Below, piece by piece: positions 45,910 through 56,260 of a DNA stretch of 64,000 nt. The translations under genes were made by a program, and so were the position numbers. This DNA comes from Nitrospirota bacterium (lineage in GTDB: Bacteria; Nitrospirota; Nitrospiria; Nitrospirales; NS-4). Every line of letters starts with the position of its first letter. Within the stretch, counting starts at the first letter, position 1. The stretch lies in contig CAWBGA010000017.1 in assembly GCA_963788195.1 (NCBI GenBank), forward strand, positions 256,001-320,000. Reading direction: 5' to 3'. Under the pieces are notes generated by a model, which worked only from the letters and a program-made list of their open reading frames with translations, did not search any database and was not told where the DNA came from.

Positions 45910-46321
45910 CCTATTACCTCCATAGCAAGGAGAAAAGTGGTTACACTGATTCCGAGGGTAAAGGTGTTTCCAGCGGCTTCCTATTCCCTAATAGTACAGG
46001 CGCAACTTACCCAGAGCTTTGAATCGTTTTCACGCACGCACTAAAGAATAAGTCCGTGAGTAAGCCTTTGTTACTTCTTCAACTCCTTCTCACACTATGT
46101 ATTCTGGCCTTTGTTGAAAGCAACGGTCTCAAGGTGTGCCATTTATCAATCGACGTTGCATGACTCTAAAGAAATACGTAGGAAAATCGCACCCCCCGGG
46201 ATATAATCCGCGAGTGCTCATCCTCGCCCTCAGGCACCTCTTACACGATAAGATTGTATTTTCAACGTGGTGAAAAGTCTTTGTTTTCCCAAAATTAAGG
46301 AGATATCTTCCTTTGGATTTC

Positions 46322-46570
46322 ATGGAAACACTCTTTGTAAGCGCCTTGCCGTTTAAAGTCACCGACCAAGAACTACGTTCATTGTTCCAACCCTACGGTG
46401 AAATAAGGTCCATCACGATTCATGCCGATTGGGAAAAAGCGACTTATGAACCTTATGCTCATATTGAGATGAACAATGCTGATGCAGCGATTCGTGCGCT
46501 TGACGGTCTCATCATTGGGCCCACCTATCTACGCGTCAACAAACTGATCAATTTGGACAGCCATGAGTAG
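46322..46570 (+). CDS. RRM RNA-binding protein
   Basis: LFVSALPFKVTDQELRSLFQPYGEI; RNP1-like YAHIEM; AIRALDG; LRVN. Confidence 0.85.
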   Translation: METLFVSALPFKVTDQELRSLFQPYGEIRSITIHADWEKATYEPYAHIEMNNADAAIRALDGLIIGPTYLRVNKLINLDSHE

Positions 46571-47747
46571 GGATATTGATCAGGTAATAGTCAACGATCT
46601 GAGAAGATTTGATTTTCTCGCACAAAATATCTGGCCAAAGATCCGCTTGCTTCTTAAGGGGTCGGTCGCCGCTCGATGCAACCAATGCGTCTTATCTTCC
46701 AAAGCTCCTGCTACCGTACTCAACAAATCGGGCATTTGTAATTTTTGTGAAGAATTTAACACCTTAAAGAAAGATCAAGGGCAAAAGCGCTGGGAAGACA
46801 TGTATGTCGCGCATCAGCGGCAACATCTCGATCAGATGTTAACGGACCATCAGGGGAAAGGTAGGAATCGATACGACGCGCTGGTACTCTTTAGTGGGGG
46901 AAAAGACAGCGTATACATTCTTTCACGGGTCAGAAAAGACTATCCTCGTCTACGCTTGCTTTTAATGACTTGGGACAACGGCTACTACAGCAAGATTGCC
47001 TTGGAAGCCTCCAAGCGCATTGCGCGCAAACTGGACTTGGATCATTTAGTCTACCGACCGATCAGTTCTGTCTACAAAACACTCTACCGGTACACCCTTC
47101 AGCATGTGGCAGAAAAAGGCAGCTATCAAACTGTGGATCGACTCGATGGCACGCTCAATCAACTGCTTGGGTTGGATTTTGCCTATGAATTTGAAATTCC
47201 CTTGGTTTTGAGCGGGGTGGATTGGGCGCAAAGCCTGATTATGCAAAGCCAAACTTACTTTGTAGCGCCTGATGAAGATATCCACTCCCGCATTTTGGTG
47301 GATCGCATGGAACAGCGCTCCGGATTCAAAATAAAGAATATATTTACCCCAGAGAATCAGAAACTGTTTTGGGATGGTACAGGCAAAGAACGGCGTCGCA
47401 TACCAAAATACGTGCTGCCTTTAGCCGCGTGGAGGCCTAATAAGGCAGACGTTCAAGTGCAGCTGGACAAGGAGGGCTTACTGCCCAAGAGAGACTCCAG
47501 CCCCATCATAACCAACAATCAAGTCCTTTCCGTGATGACAGCATTGGATATAAAACGCATTGGCTACTGTAGTTTTGAACCCGAGTTCTCCGCCATGATC
47601 CGCATGAACGAGAGTGAGCCCATCTACTGGAAAAATGTATTTGAATGCGTAGAATATCTGATCAGAACAGACAGTTCCATCCTTAAAGCCGTCATTAATA
47701 GAGTACTCATTAAACTCGAACTGACCCCACAGGAAGTCGGACTCTAA
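46563..47747 (+). CDS. PP-loop ATPase of the N-acetyl-sugar amidotransferase-like family
   Basis: CNQC...GICNFC, then YDALVLFSGGKDS and DNGY. Confidence 0.75.
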   Translation: MSRDIDQVIVNDLRRFDFLAQNIWPKIRLLLKGSVAARCNQCVLSSKAPATVLNKSGICNFCEEFNTLKKDQGQKRWEDMYVAHQRQHLDQMLTDHQGKGRNRYDALVLFSGGKDSVYILSRVRKDYPRLRLLLMTWDNGYYSKIALEASKRIARKLDLDHLVYRPISSVYKTLYRYTLQHVAEKGSYQTVDRLDGTLNQLLGLDFAYEFEIPLVLSGVDWAQSLIMQSQTYFVAPDEDIHSRILVDRMEQRSGFKIKNIFTPENQKLFWDGTGKERRRIPKYVLPLAAWRPNKADVQVQLDKEGLLPKRDSSPIITNNQVLSVMTALDIKRIGYCSFEPEFSAMIRMNESEPIYWKNVFECVEYLIRTDSSILKAVINRVLIKLELTPQEVGL

Positions 47748-47947
47748 AAAGCAAGATCTTAAGCCTGGACACCAAACCCAAGTTGTGAAACCGAGTCGAG
47801 AGGTTGGAGAGGAGTCCTGCTTGGACAGAGACGAATCAATGACAGCCTGGTCCTCATAATTCCAGCACGATAAGATGCCTGATGTCGCCAGGCAGAAAGT
47901 AGTCGTCCAAGCGAGCGATCTGAGTGGCATTGCTGTTACAACGCGGC

Positions 47948-49117
47948 TCAATCAGACGACGGCACGGGAAATTCAATCGTAAATTTCGTTCCATTCTCGC
48001 GGGAGAATTCAATCGTGCCGCCGAGCTGCTTTGCAAGCGTGGCAACGAGCTGCAAGCCTAATGATGTCACTTTGTCTAGGCTGAAACCCTCGGGAAGCCC
48101 GATGCCGTTGTCCTGCACAATGATGATGTAACGCTGTTCCTCACGGGCGATGTTAACGCATATTTGCCCGTCTCCGGCTGGAAACGCATACTTGAATGCA
48201 TTGGTAAGGAGTTCGTTAAGAATCAAGCCACAGCTTATCGCAATATCAGGGTTCCAGAGCAGATCCTGTGTGCTGATGATAAACGACACGTTGGAGGCTC
48301 CGAAGGACCGTGTAATATTTGCGATCAGAGCATTGACGTACTGATCCGTATCGATGTCGGAAAACGATCCAGATCGATACAACTGCTCGTGGATCAAGGC
48401 CATCGAATGGATGCGCCCCTGAATGTCTTCGAAGATGTTGCCGGGCTGTTTGATTGCCAGGGCTGCTGATTGCAAACTGAGTAGGCTCGAAATGATCTGA
48501 AGATTGTTTTTGGTCCGGTGATGGATTTCTTTTAGGAGAAGCGCCTTCTCCCTGAGTGAAGCCATGATCGAAGCGTGCGCCGCTTTCTGTTCCGTGATGT
48601 CTTCCACGACTACGTTGATGCCGACAACTTGACTCGCAGCATTTCGCAGCGGGTAATAGCTGGCCAAAAAGTCTCGCTCCCTTGCGTGTTCCGACGCGGT
48701 TCTGCCGTGGATTTCAATATTCAGCGCAGGCTGCCCGGTAGCGATAACACTCTGAAGAATAGGATCGAGAATGGGAAAGAGTTCAGGGAGCAGGTCACGT
48801 ATCGTCTTGCCTATGTGGTCCTCGACGGATCGTCCATTCATCTCAGCCAGCCGGTGGTTGATGCTGAGATAGCGCATATCGGTATCCACACAACAAAGGC
48901 CTATGGGCGCCGTGTCATAGATCGCTGTGAGCTGCGCAAGCTGCTTGTGTATGGTCTCTTGATCCTTCCGGCGTTCGTCGATCTCTTTAACTAAGACACT
49001 GCTTCTTTTCCTTCGGCTCTCGACCAGGTACAGGGTCAGGAGACCGAGCAGGGTGAACATCGCCCAAGGGGGTTTTTCATGTCCTTTCCGAGCTTCACGC
49101 TTTGGCACGGGTTGCAT
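47948..49117 (-). CDS. PAS-domain sensor histidine kinase (HisKA_2 type)
   Basis: PAS domain; LLKEIHHRTKNNLQ, NELLTNAFKYAF, DNGIG, SLGL.LV. Confidence 0.92.
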   Translation of the reverse strand: MQPVPKREARKGHEKPPWAMFTLLGLLTLYLVESRRKRSSVLVKEIDERRKDQETIHKQLAQLTAIYDTAPIGLCCVDTDMRYLSINHRLAEMNGRSVEDHIGKTIRDLLPELFPILDPILQSVIATGQPALNIEIHGRTASEHARERDFLASYYPLRNAASQVVGINVVVEDITEQKAAHASIMASLREKALLLKEIHHRTKNNLQIISSLLSLQSAALAIKQPGNIFEDIQGRIHSMALIHEQLYRSGSFSDIDTDQYVNALIANITRSFGASNVSFIISTQDLLWNPDIAISCGLILNELLTNAFKYAFPAGDGQICVNIAREEQRYIIIVQDNGIGLPEGFSLDKVTSLGLQLVATLAKQLGGTIEFSRENGTKFTIEFPVPSSD

Positions 49118-49334
49118 CCCTCCTGCAGCTTAGCGTGTGGAATACCAGCTGCAGCGGCCACAGGTGTCGGCGCACCTGAGTATAAGCCGAACCTCCGTCA
49201 TGTCTGTCGGGAAAAACCTTACATTACTATTGGGGGAAGAAACCTTTGCCGTACCTTCCCCTCGCTCCTGAAGCAAGGGGAAGGTGCGTGTAATCATCTG
49301 CGCATCGGAAGCCAGGATTTTATTGTCGGGTAAG

Positions 49335-49796
49335 TCATGTTTTTGCGGGTCGCACCGGCGCCTTCCGCCATGACCCGACCTTGCGGAGAGCCACCACAGA
49401 AAAGGAACTGCCCTTGAAATAGGTTAGGAACTTGGCCGGCACCCAGCGCTTCATCTGCCCGCTGCCTTGACAGAAACGACAGGACTCAGCGGGGGGGTCG
49501 CAGAAACACCTCCAGTGTACGAGAACTTCCATCTTCACTTTTGATTTCGTCGTCAGCGCCTCTACCGCCTCAACCGCGATGTGCTCCTTGCTGCTGAGGG
49601 CTTCTTCTATATAGACCTGCTTCGCAGTATTTTCGCTGCCCCAAGTCCGAACCGCTGCGTTAAATTTCATCAGGGCGCTGAGCAGCGGCTCTGCCTGAGG
49701 ATCGTGTTCCAGCTTATGCTCGATCCACATGATGCTGATTGCCATGTGCGCGGCGACCACTTCAGCGCGGGTAAGTGTCATGCAGGTCTTCATCAC
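49335..49796 (-). CDS. Hypothetical protein with a CxC...CxxCxGxG zinc-finger-like motif
   Basis: WRCFC....SCRFCQGSG; RBS AAGGAGG. Confidence 0.6.
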   Translation of the reverse strand: MMKTCMTLTRAEVVAAHMAISIMWIEHKLEHDPQAEPLLSALMKFNAAVRTWGSENTAKQVYIEEALSSKEHIAVEAVEALTTKSKVKMEVLVHWRCFCDPPAESCRFCQGSGQMKRWVPAKFLTYFKGSSFSVVALRKVGSWRKAPVRPAKT

Positions 49797-50132
49797 GTAC
49801 CCTCCTTATGTTCCTCCGACGCGACCCCGTTTTCTTGGTCCACGGCAATAGTTATGCACCAGGCGTCAAATTTGCGCGGTTGCCGCGGTTGCACAATACC
49901 TGTACGCCTACACACAGATTACGCGTCCCTCTCCCCAATACTAGCCCTCCTTTGGAGCAACTCTTCACAGAGGAACCCCATTAATCCCTTTTAATGCGCA
50001 GACTTATGGGCAATAGGACTAATGGGGGTAGCGATCGACAGCCGATGGGTTTCCGAGCAGAAAGGAGGGTAGTTGGCGGGAGCTGAAACCCCGCCGTCGC
50101 CAAATCCGAATCTAACGGACTCGAATACTTAT

Positions 50133-50267
50133 TTACTGCCGCCCCTTGCAGCCTGGATGGTTACAAGAGCATTTGGTTGTCTCTTTCGATCCAGCACACT
50201 GGTCACTGCAGAAAGCCTTCCCTTGAGCCGTTTCACAGTTGCACGCCGGATGTTGGCATTTGTTCAT
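50133..50267 (-). CDS. Bacterial metallothionein (44 aa), not in the ORF track
   Basis: MNKCQHPACNCETAQGKAFCSDQCAGSKETTKCSCNHPGCKGRQ*: 8 Cys, 2 His; RBS GAGGTG. Confidence 0.88.
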   Translation of the reverse strand: MNKCQHPACNCETAQGKAFCSDQCAGSKETTKCSCNHPGCKGRQ

Positions 50268-50369
50268 GTTGCACCTCGCTGCTGTAGCTTAGCGTGAGCG
50301 CAATCGCAGCGACATGACACTAACGTAGCATGAGCACGGGAAGGAACTCGAATGAGTCTTGGACGTTGC

Positions 50370-51105
50370 TCATTGCGCTTCACTGAGTTTCTGCTCGTAC
50401 TTTCGAATCCGTCTCGCATTGGCTCCCACATCGCTTTTTCCGACCCGTGAGACCGAGCGCACGTCCACCCGGCTGTCGTCGCCCTGCGCTCTGATTCGAA
50501 CGACTATATCGTCTTTGAAGCCGAACCAGAATGTCGTATCCGTCGCTTCAATCCGTCCTTCCCCTGGACTGGCGTCTATGATCTCCCATCCCATGGCGTC
50601 CATGGCCTTTAGTGCCTGACTGAAGGCTTTTTGGGGAGGAACTCGCAGAGTGAGCGGCTGGATGTCGGGATAGGCCCTGTGCTGCTGCGCGGCAATCTCC
50701 GGACCCCCGTACGCCGCCCCGTTCGGGGCGCCCGTTCTCAATGGCAAGAGCGCCACGAACTCAGGTGGATGATCGGTATCGGTACTAATATCATGAATCG
50801 CCGGCACGCTCTGCGCCGTGCGCTTCATCTGCCACGGGATCCCGGCCACCAGAAGGCCGAGAACAAGAATCCCGACGGAGATCATCGGCATGACGCTGCT
50901 GCCTCTGCCATAGCGCGACGGGAATTCCAATCGCGCCAACCACGGCGCTGCCAAGCCCGCCGTAGGCGGCCCACGTCAGGATCTGAAACCCGGTCCTAAA
51001 ATGCCACCAGCCCGCTCGGGTGCCGAATCCTGACAGGATTGCCGCCAGCGCAGAAGCCAGAACGAGCAGCAATGCGGCGCGGGTGAACGGTGGTAATACC
51101 GTCAC
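50370..51105 (-). CDS. DUF1499 membrane protein; one indel
   Basis: IHDISTD...P.F, YPDIQP, IEATDTTFWFGFKDD, VDVRS.SRVGKSD.G.NA.RI. Confidence 0.88.
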
Positions 51106-51185
51106 TGCAGCTTGCTCACGGTCCCCCGGACGGGGTCACAACACACGGCGAATTCAGGTTGCCATTTTTTCACGCTGTGCAAAAT

Positions 51186-51821
51186 TTAGGCGGCCGAGCG
51201 AGCGACAGTCTGAGCGCCTAGCCGTTTGTCTAGAGCATCCCAGGCGACGTTCGCAAAGAACGCCTGAACGTATCGAGCGCGCTCTGAGGGCTTGTAGTCC
51301 AGCAGGTACGCATGTTCCCACACGTCCATGACAAGGATCGGAACAAAACCAGTGACGTTCCCTACTTCATGCAACGTGATCCAGTGGTTCGATAGGCGCC
51401 GGTTAACAGGATCTTGATAACACATCGCCCAGCCGACACCCCGCATTTTTCCGACGGCCATGAAATCAGCTTTCCAAATGTCATAGCTCCCGAAGCTCGC
51501 TTTCGCGGCCTGACGGAATGGAGCATTGCTGCCTGGACCGCTTGGACTCTTGCGGGTTTTAGTGAGATTCTCGAAGTAATATTCGTGTAGTACCATACCG
51601 TTATATTCGAACCCCAGCCGGCGGGTCAGCTCGGAATATGCCGGCATCTCCTCGTGATCGACCTGCCCATCTGCCAGAAATCCGGCGATCTTCTCGTTTA
51701 GCCGATTCGTTTCCTTGACATAGCCTTCATATAGCTTGAAATGCATTTGTAGCGTCGCGTCCGAAATGCCCTCGAGACCGTTCAAGTTAAATTCTTTGGG
51801 TTGATAGCTTTGCTTCTTCAT
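51186..51821 (-). CDS. Fe/Mn superoxide dismutase family protein
   Basis: HFKLYEGYV, LHEYYF, GVGW, DVWEHAY. Confidence 0.9.
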   Translation of the reverse strand: MKKQSYQPKEFNLNGLEGISDATLQMHFKLYEGYVKETNRLNEKIAGFLADGQVDHEEMPAYSELTRRLGFEYNGMVLHEYYFENLTKTRKSPSGPGSNAPFRQAAKASFGSYDIWKADFMAVGKMRGVGWAMCYQDPVNRRLSNHWITLHEVGNVTGFVPILVMDVWEHAYLLDYKPSERARYVQAFFANVAWDALDKRLGAQTVARSAA

Positions 51822-52077
51822 GAATACCTCCGTTGCCGACTCAGGCATGGCCAGTTCACCTTTTCACCCTACCGGCGACGTGGGGCTTTGTCTTTTCCCC
51901 ATCGGTATCATGTGGATTCTACCGGCGATGTATCGCCGAACGGTAAAGAGGTCTTACAGATCGGAACCGGCCGCAAGACGAACAGGCTTCAGCGGCATCA
52001 CATTTGGGGGAAGTGCTCTTAGGGCGAGGGACTGTGGTTGCGGGGAAGGGATTTGAACCCTTGACCTTCGGGTTATG

Positions 52078-52768
<691 letters not shown>

Positions 52769-52919
52769 GGATGTATCCTATAGACTGGTCGTCGTAGAGT
52801 CAAGGCGCGCATCTGATTCGTATCATTGGGGCGGGGGCCGTATCACTGGAGATAAGATGCCGTTTTAGGATTGTGATTCACGGCGTGCCATAGTACAACA
52901 ACAACATGCTGATCACCCG

Positions 52920-53915
52920 GTGCGGCAACCTCCAACCTTGAGCACTCGGGCGCGGATTGTCTTCATGGGCACCCCCGAGTTCGCGGTGCCGTCGCTGGAA
53001 GCGCTGTTGCACCCCGACCTTGAAAACGTCGTTCAGGTGGTCGGAGTCGTCACGCAGCCGGATCGCCCCAAGGGTCGCGGACAGCGCCTCCTGCCCCCAC
53101 CGATCAAGCTGCTCGCTGAGCGCCACAGCCTTCCGGTTGTGCAGCCGCCGAAGATGAAAGACCCGGAGTTTCTCGAAACACTCCGCCGATGGGCGCCCGA
53201 TCTCATCGTTGTCACGGCTTTCGGGCGCATCTTGCCGCCGGTGATTTTGGATCTTGCGCCGAAAGGCTGTGTCAACGTCCATGGCTCCCTGCTCCCGAAA
53301 TACCGTGGAGCCGCGCCGATTCAATGGGCCGTCATCAACGGCGAAATTGAAACCGGCATCACGACCATGCTCATGGACCCCGGCATGGATACCGGGCCGA
53401 TGTTAATGAAGGCGTCCCTGGCAATTCTTCCCGAAGAGACGGCGGGGGAGCTGGCCGCCCGGCTCGCCCCTCTTGGCGGCCGGTTACTCACCGAGACCAT
53501 CCGTGGCCTGCTCGAAAACCGCATCACGCCGATTCCCCAGGACTCGTCTCTCGCGACCCTCGCGCCTCTCCTCAAGAAGGAAGACGGCACCTTGGATTGG
53601 GAAAGCGAACCGGTCGCGGTCGTGAACCGTGTCCGCGGGCTGACACCGTGGCCTGGCGCTGCGACTTACTATGGTGAGGAGCGCTGGTTGATCCGGCGGG
53701 CACAGGCCGCAGGCACAGGCGGCGCGGAACCGGGGACGGTCCTCGCGGTGACAAATGATGGGCTACAGGTGGCGGCGGGTACAGGCTCGGTGCTCATCCA
53801 GGAGCTGCAAGCGTCATCCGGCAAACGTCTGGCCATGAAGCAATATCTCGCCGGCCATGCGGTAAAGATCGGTTCGAAGCTGACTCGGGAGCCCGCGCCT
53901 CCTATTGCCAGCTAA
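52920..53915 (+). CDS. fmt: Methionyl-tRNA formyltransferase
   Basis: FMGTPEFA, TQPDRPKGRG, NVHGSLLPKYRGAAP, MDTG. Confidence 0.97.
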   Translation: MRQPPTLSTRARIVFMGTPEFAVPSLEALLHPDLENVVQVVGVVTQPDRPKGRGQRLLPPPIKLLAERHSLPVVQPPKMKDPEFLETLRRWAPDLIVVTAFGRILPPVILDLAPKGCVNVHGSLLPKYRGAAPIQWAVINGEIETGITTMLMDPGMDTGPMLMKASLAILPEETAGELAARLAPLGGRLLTETIRGLLENRITPIPQDSSLATLAPLLKKEDGTLDWESEPVAVVNRVRGLTPWPGAATYYGEERWLIRRAQAAGTGGAEPGTVLAVTNDGLQVAAGTGSVLIQELQASSGKRLAMKQYLAGHAVKIGSKLTREPAPPIAS

Positions 53916-53942
53916 CAAGGGTTCGGCTATAGTCGAGCGCTG

Positions 53943-54617
53943 ATGTCCGCTGTACGGATCGCCCCATCCATTCTCTCCGCGGATTTCGCGCACCTAGCCG
54001 ATGAGATCGCGGCCGTGGAACAGGCCGGCGCCGACCTGCTCCACGTGGACGTGATGGATGGCCATTTCGTCCCGAACCTGACGATCGGCCCCGTGGTCGT
54101 CGAAGCCATTCGCAAAGTCACGTCGCTGCCCCTCGATGTCCACCTGATGATTACAAACCCCGACGCATACATCGATGAATTCGCAAAAGCGGGGGCCAAT
54201 TACCTGACTGTTCATGTCGAGGCCTGTCCGCATTTGCATCGCACCATACAGTTCATCAAAGAAAAGGGCCTCAAGGCCGGCGTGACCCTGAATCCGGCGA
54301 CGTCGCTCGTGACGATTGAGGCGATTCTCCAGGATGTCGATTTACTGTTAGTCATGTCCGTGAACCCCGGGTTCGGCGGTCAGCTTTTTATTCCGGGAGT
54401 TCTGGACAAGATCCGCCGGGCGCGCGCCTTGATCGGTGCCACGGGTCGGTCGATTCTCTTGGAAGTCGACGGCGGCGTGAAGGTAGACAATGCCGGCGCG
54501 ATTGCGTCGGCAGGCGCGGATATCCTTGTCGCAGGCTCGGCGATCTTCGAAGCACCAGGTTGCGATTACAAGAACACGATCGCCCGACTTCGAGAGGCCG
54601 CGGGGGCCCGACGATGA
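53943..54617 (+). CDS. rpe: Ribulose-phosphate 3-epimerase
   Basis: IAPSILSADF, HVDVMDGHFVPN, MSVNPGFGGQ, EVDGG. Confidence 0.97.
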   Translation: MSAVRIAPSILSADFAHLADEIAAVEQAGADLLHVDVMDGHFVPNLTIGPVVVEAIRKVTSLPLDVHLMITNPDAYIDEFAKAGANYLTVHVEACPHLHRTIQFIKEKGLKAGVTLNPATSLVTIEAILQDVDLLLVMSVNPGFGGQLFIPGVLDKIRRARALIGATGRSILLEVDGGVKVDNAGAIASAGADILVAGSAIFEAPGCDYKNTIARLREAAGARR

Positions 54618-56245
54618 GCGACCTCAGTGCGCTTGTTGAGAGTCTGCATCCGCACGAGGTGAAGGTGCTGGGCGTCCTCGGCACTGACTCTGGTCATGGG
54701 CTTACCGATGAAGACCTTGCCAAGCAGGCGGGCCTCGAAGTCGCCCAAGTCGGTGCTGCGCTCGGTCGGCTCAAACTCAAGGGGCTTGTTGAGGTGCGCG
54801 ATCAGAAGACCTACCAGATTGTCTCACTGACGGAGATAGGCGAAAGGTACTACCAACACGGCTCGCCTCTGGCCCGCATTATCGGAGCATTGCGGGTCGC
54901 CAAGGAGGACGGCAGGGCCCTTACCATTAAAGACATCCAAGACCGCGAAGGGCTCGCGCCAGGCGATATCAGCGGCATCATCGGACAACTCAAGCAGGAG
55001 GGAGCAATCTTGATAGCCACCGGCGGCGTGGTCAAGCTATCGGAGACGGAGTCGCACATCGCCAAAGCGCTACAAGCTTTGCTCGCCAAAGTCAAAGAGA
55101 TCGGCTCGCGTGATCTGCGCGAGTATGATGCCGCGGAGCAATTACTCATTCAGAAGTTCTCGCAGAAACGAGGCAATGCTGACGAACCATTCCGAGTGGA
55201 TGACCGTATCACCCGTACCTTTTCGCTCACCGAGGTCGGCAAGACCGTTGAGGAAGGAGCGCGTGAAACAGCAGGAGTTACAGAAATATCAGGCACCGCG
55301 AGTGTAACCACAAAAGCTCCGGGAATATCAGGTACAGGCTCAGTCGCGGTCAATCGTCTGACTCCGGAGATGCTGAAGGACGGCAGCTGGAGGAACGTCA
55401 AATTTCGCAAATATACGATGGCCCTGAGTCCCCCCCGCATCGCCATCGGCAAGAAGCATCCTTATCGGGAGTTTCTGGATTTGGTGAAGGCCAAATTTGT
55501 GGGCATGGGCTTCGAAGAAATGCGCGGCCCTCTGGTTGAGAACGAATTCTGGGACATGGACGCGCTTTACATGCCGCAGTTTCATCCGGCGCGCAACATT
55601 CACGACGTGTACTTCGTGAAGGAGCCCACACACTCCACGCCGATTCCGGAACCCTTTTTAAAACGTGTGCAGCAGGCGCACGAGCGCGGCTGGAAGACCG
55701 GGTCAACGGGGTGGGGCTACAGCTTTGACCCCCTACGCACGCGGCGGTTAATCCTGCGCAGCCAGGGTACTGCGGTATCGGCCCGCACCCTCGCGCAAAA
55801 GCCGAAGATTCCCGGCAAGTATTTTTCCATCGCCCGGTGCTTTCGTTACGACCAGGTGGACGCAACGCACGCCTCCGACTTCTATCAGATCGAGGGGATC
55901 GTGCTTGGACCGGATATCAATTTCCGCACGCTGCTGGGATTGCTCAATCTATTCGCGCGCGAGATCGCCCAGGCCCAAGAAAGCCGATTTCTCCCGGCCT
56001 ACTTCCCGTTCACCGAACCGTCGGTGGAATTGCACGTGCGGCACCCCAGGCTGGGCTGGATCGAGCTTGGCGGCGCCGGTCTCTTACGTCCGGAAGTCAC
56101 GCAACCGCTGGGCGTGGACGTACCCGTCATCGCGTGGGGTCTCGGACTCGACCGGATGGCGATGGTCGCTCTTGAGATACATGATATCCGCGACCTCTTC
56201 TCGGCTGATCTGGACATGATCCGAGCCAAGCCCGTTCAGTACTGA
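54614..56245 (+). CDS. pheS: Phenylalanine--tRNA ligase alpha subunit, long archaeal/eukaryote-like form
   Basis: ~540 aa with an N-terminal wHTH-like extension; LTPEML..G.W, HPAR..HD, FRYDQVDATH, YFPFTEPS, AWGLGLDR. Confidence 0.92.
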   Translation: MSDLSALVESLHPHEVKVLGVLGTDSGHGLTDEDLAKQAGLEVAQVGAALGRLKLKGLVEVRDQKTYQIVSLTEIGERYYQHGSPLARIIGALRVAKEDGRALTIKDIQDREGLAPGDISGIIGQLKQEGAILIATGGVVKLSETESHIAKALQALLAKVKEIGSRDLREYDAAEQLLIQKFSQKRGNADEPFRVDDRITRTFSLTEVGKTVEEGARETAGVTEISGTASVTTKAPGISGTGSVAVNRLTPEMLKDGSWRNVKFRKYTMALSPPRIAIGKKHPYREFLDLVKAKFVGMGFEEMRGPLVENEFWDMDALYMPQFHPARNIHDVYFVKEPTHSTPIPEPFLKRVQQAHERGWKTGSTGWGYSFDPLRTRRLILRSQGTAVSARTLAQKPKIPGKYFSIARCFRYDQVDATHASDFYQIEGIVLGPDINFRTLLGLLNLFAREIAQAQESRFLPAYFPFTEPSVELHVRHPRLGWIELGGAGLLRPEVTQPLGVDVPVIAWGLGLDRMAMVALEIHDIRDLFSADLDMIRAKPVQY

Positions 56246-56260
56246 CTCCAAGAATTCCAG

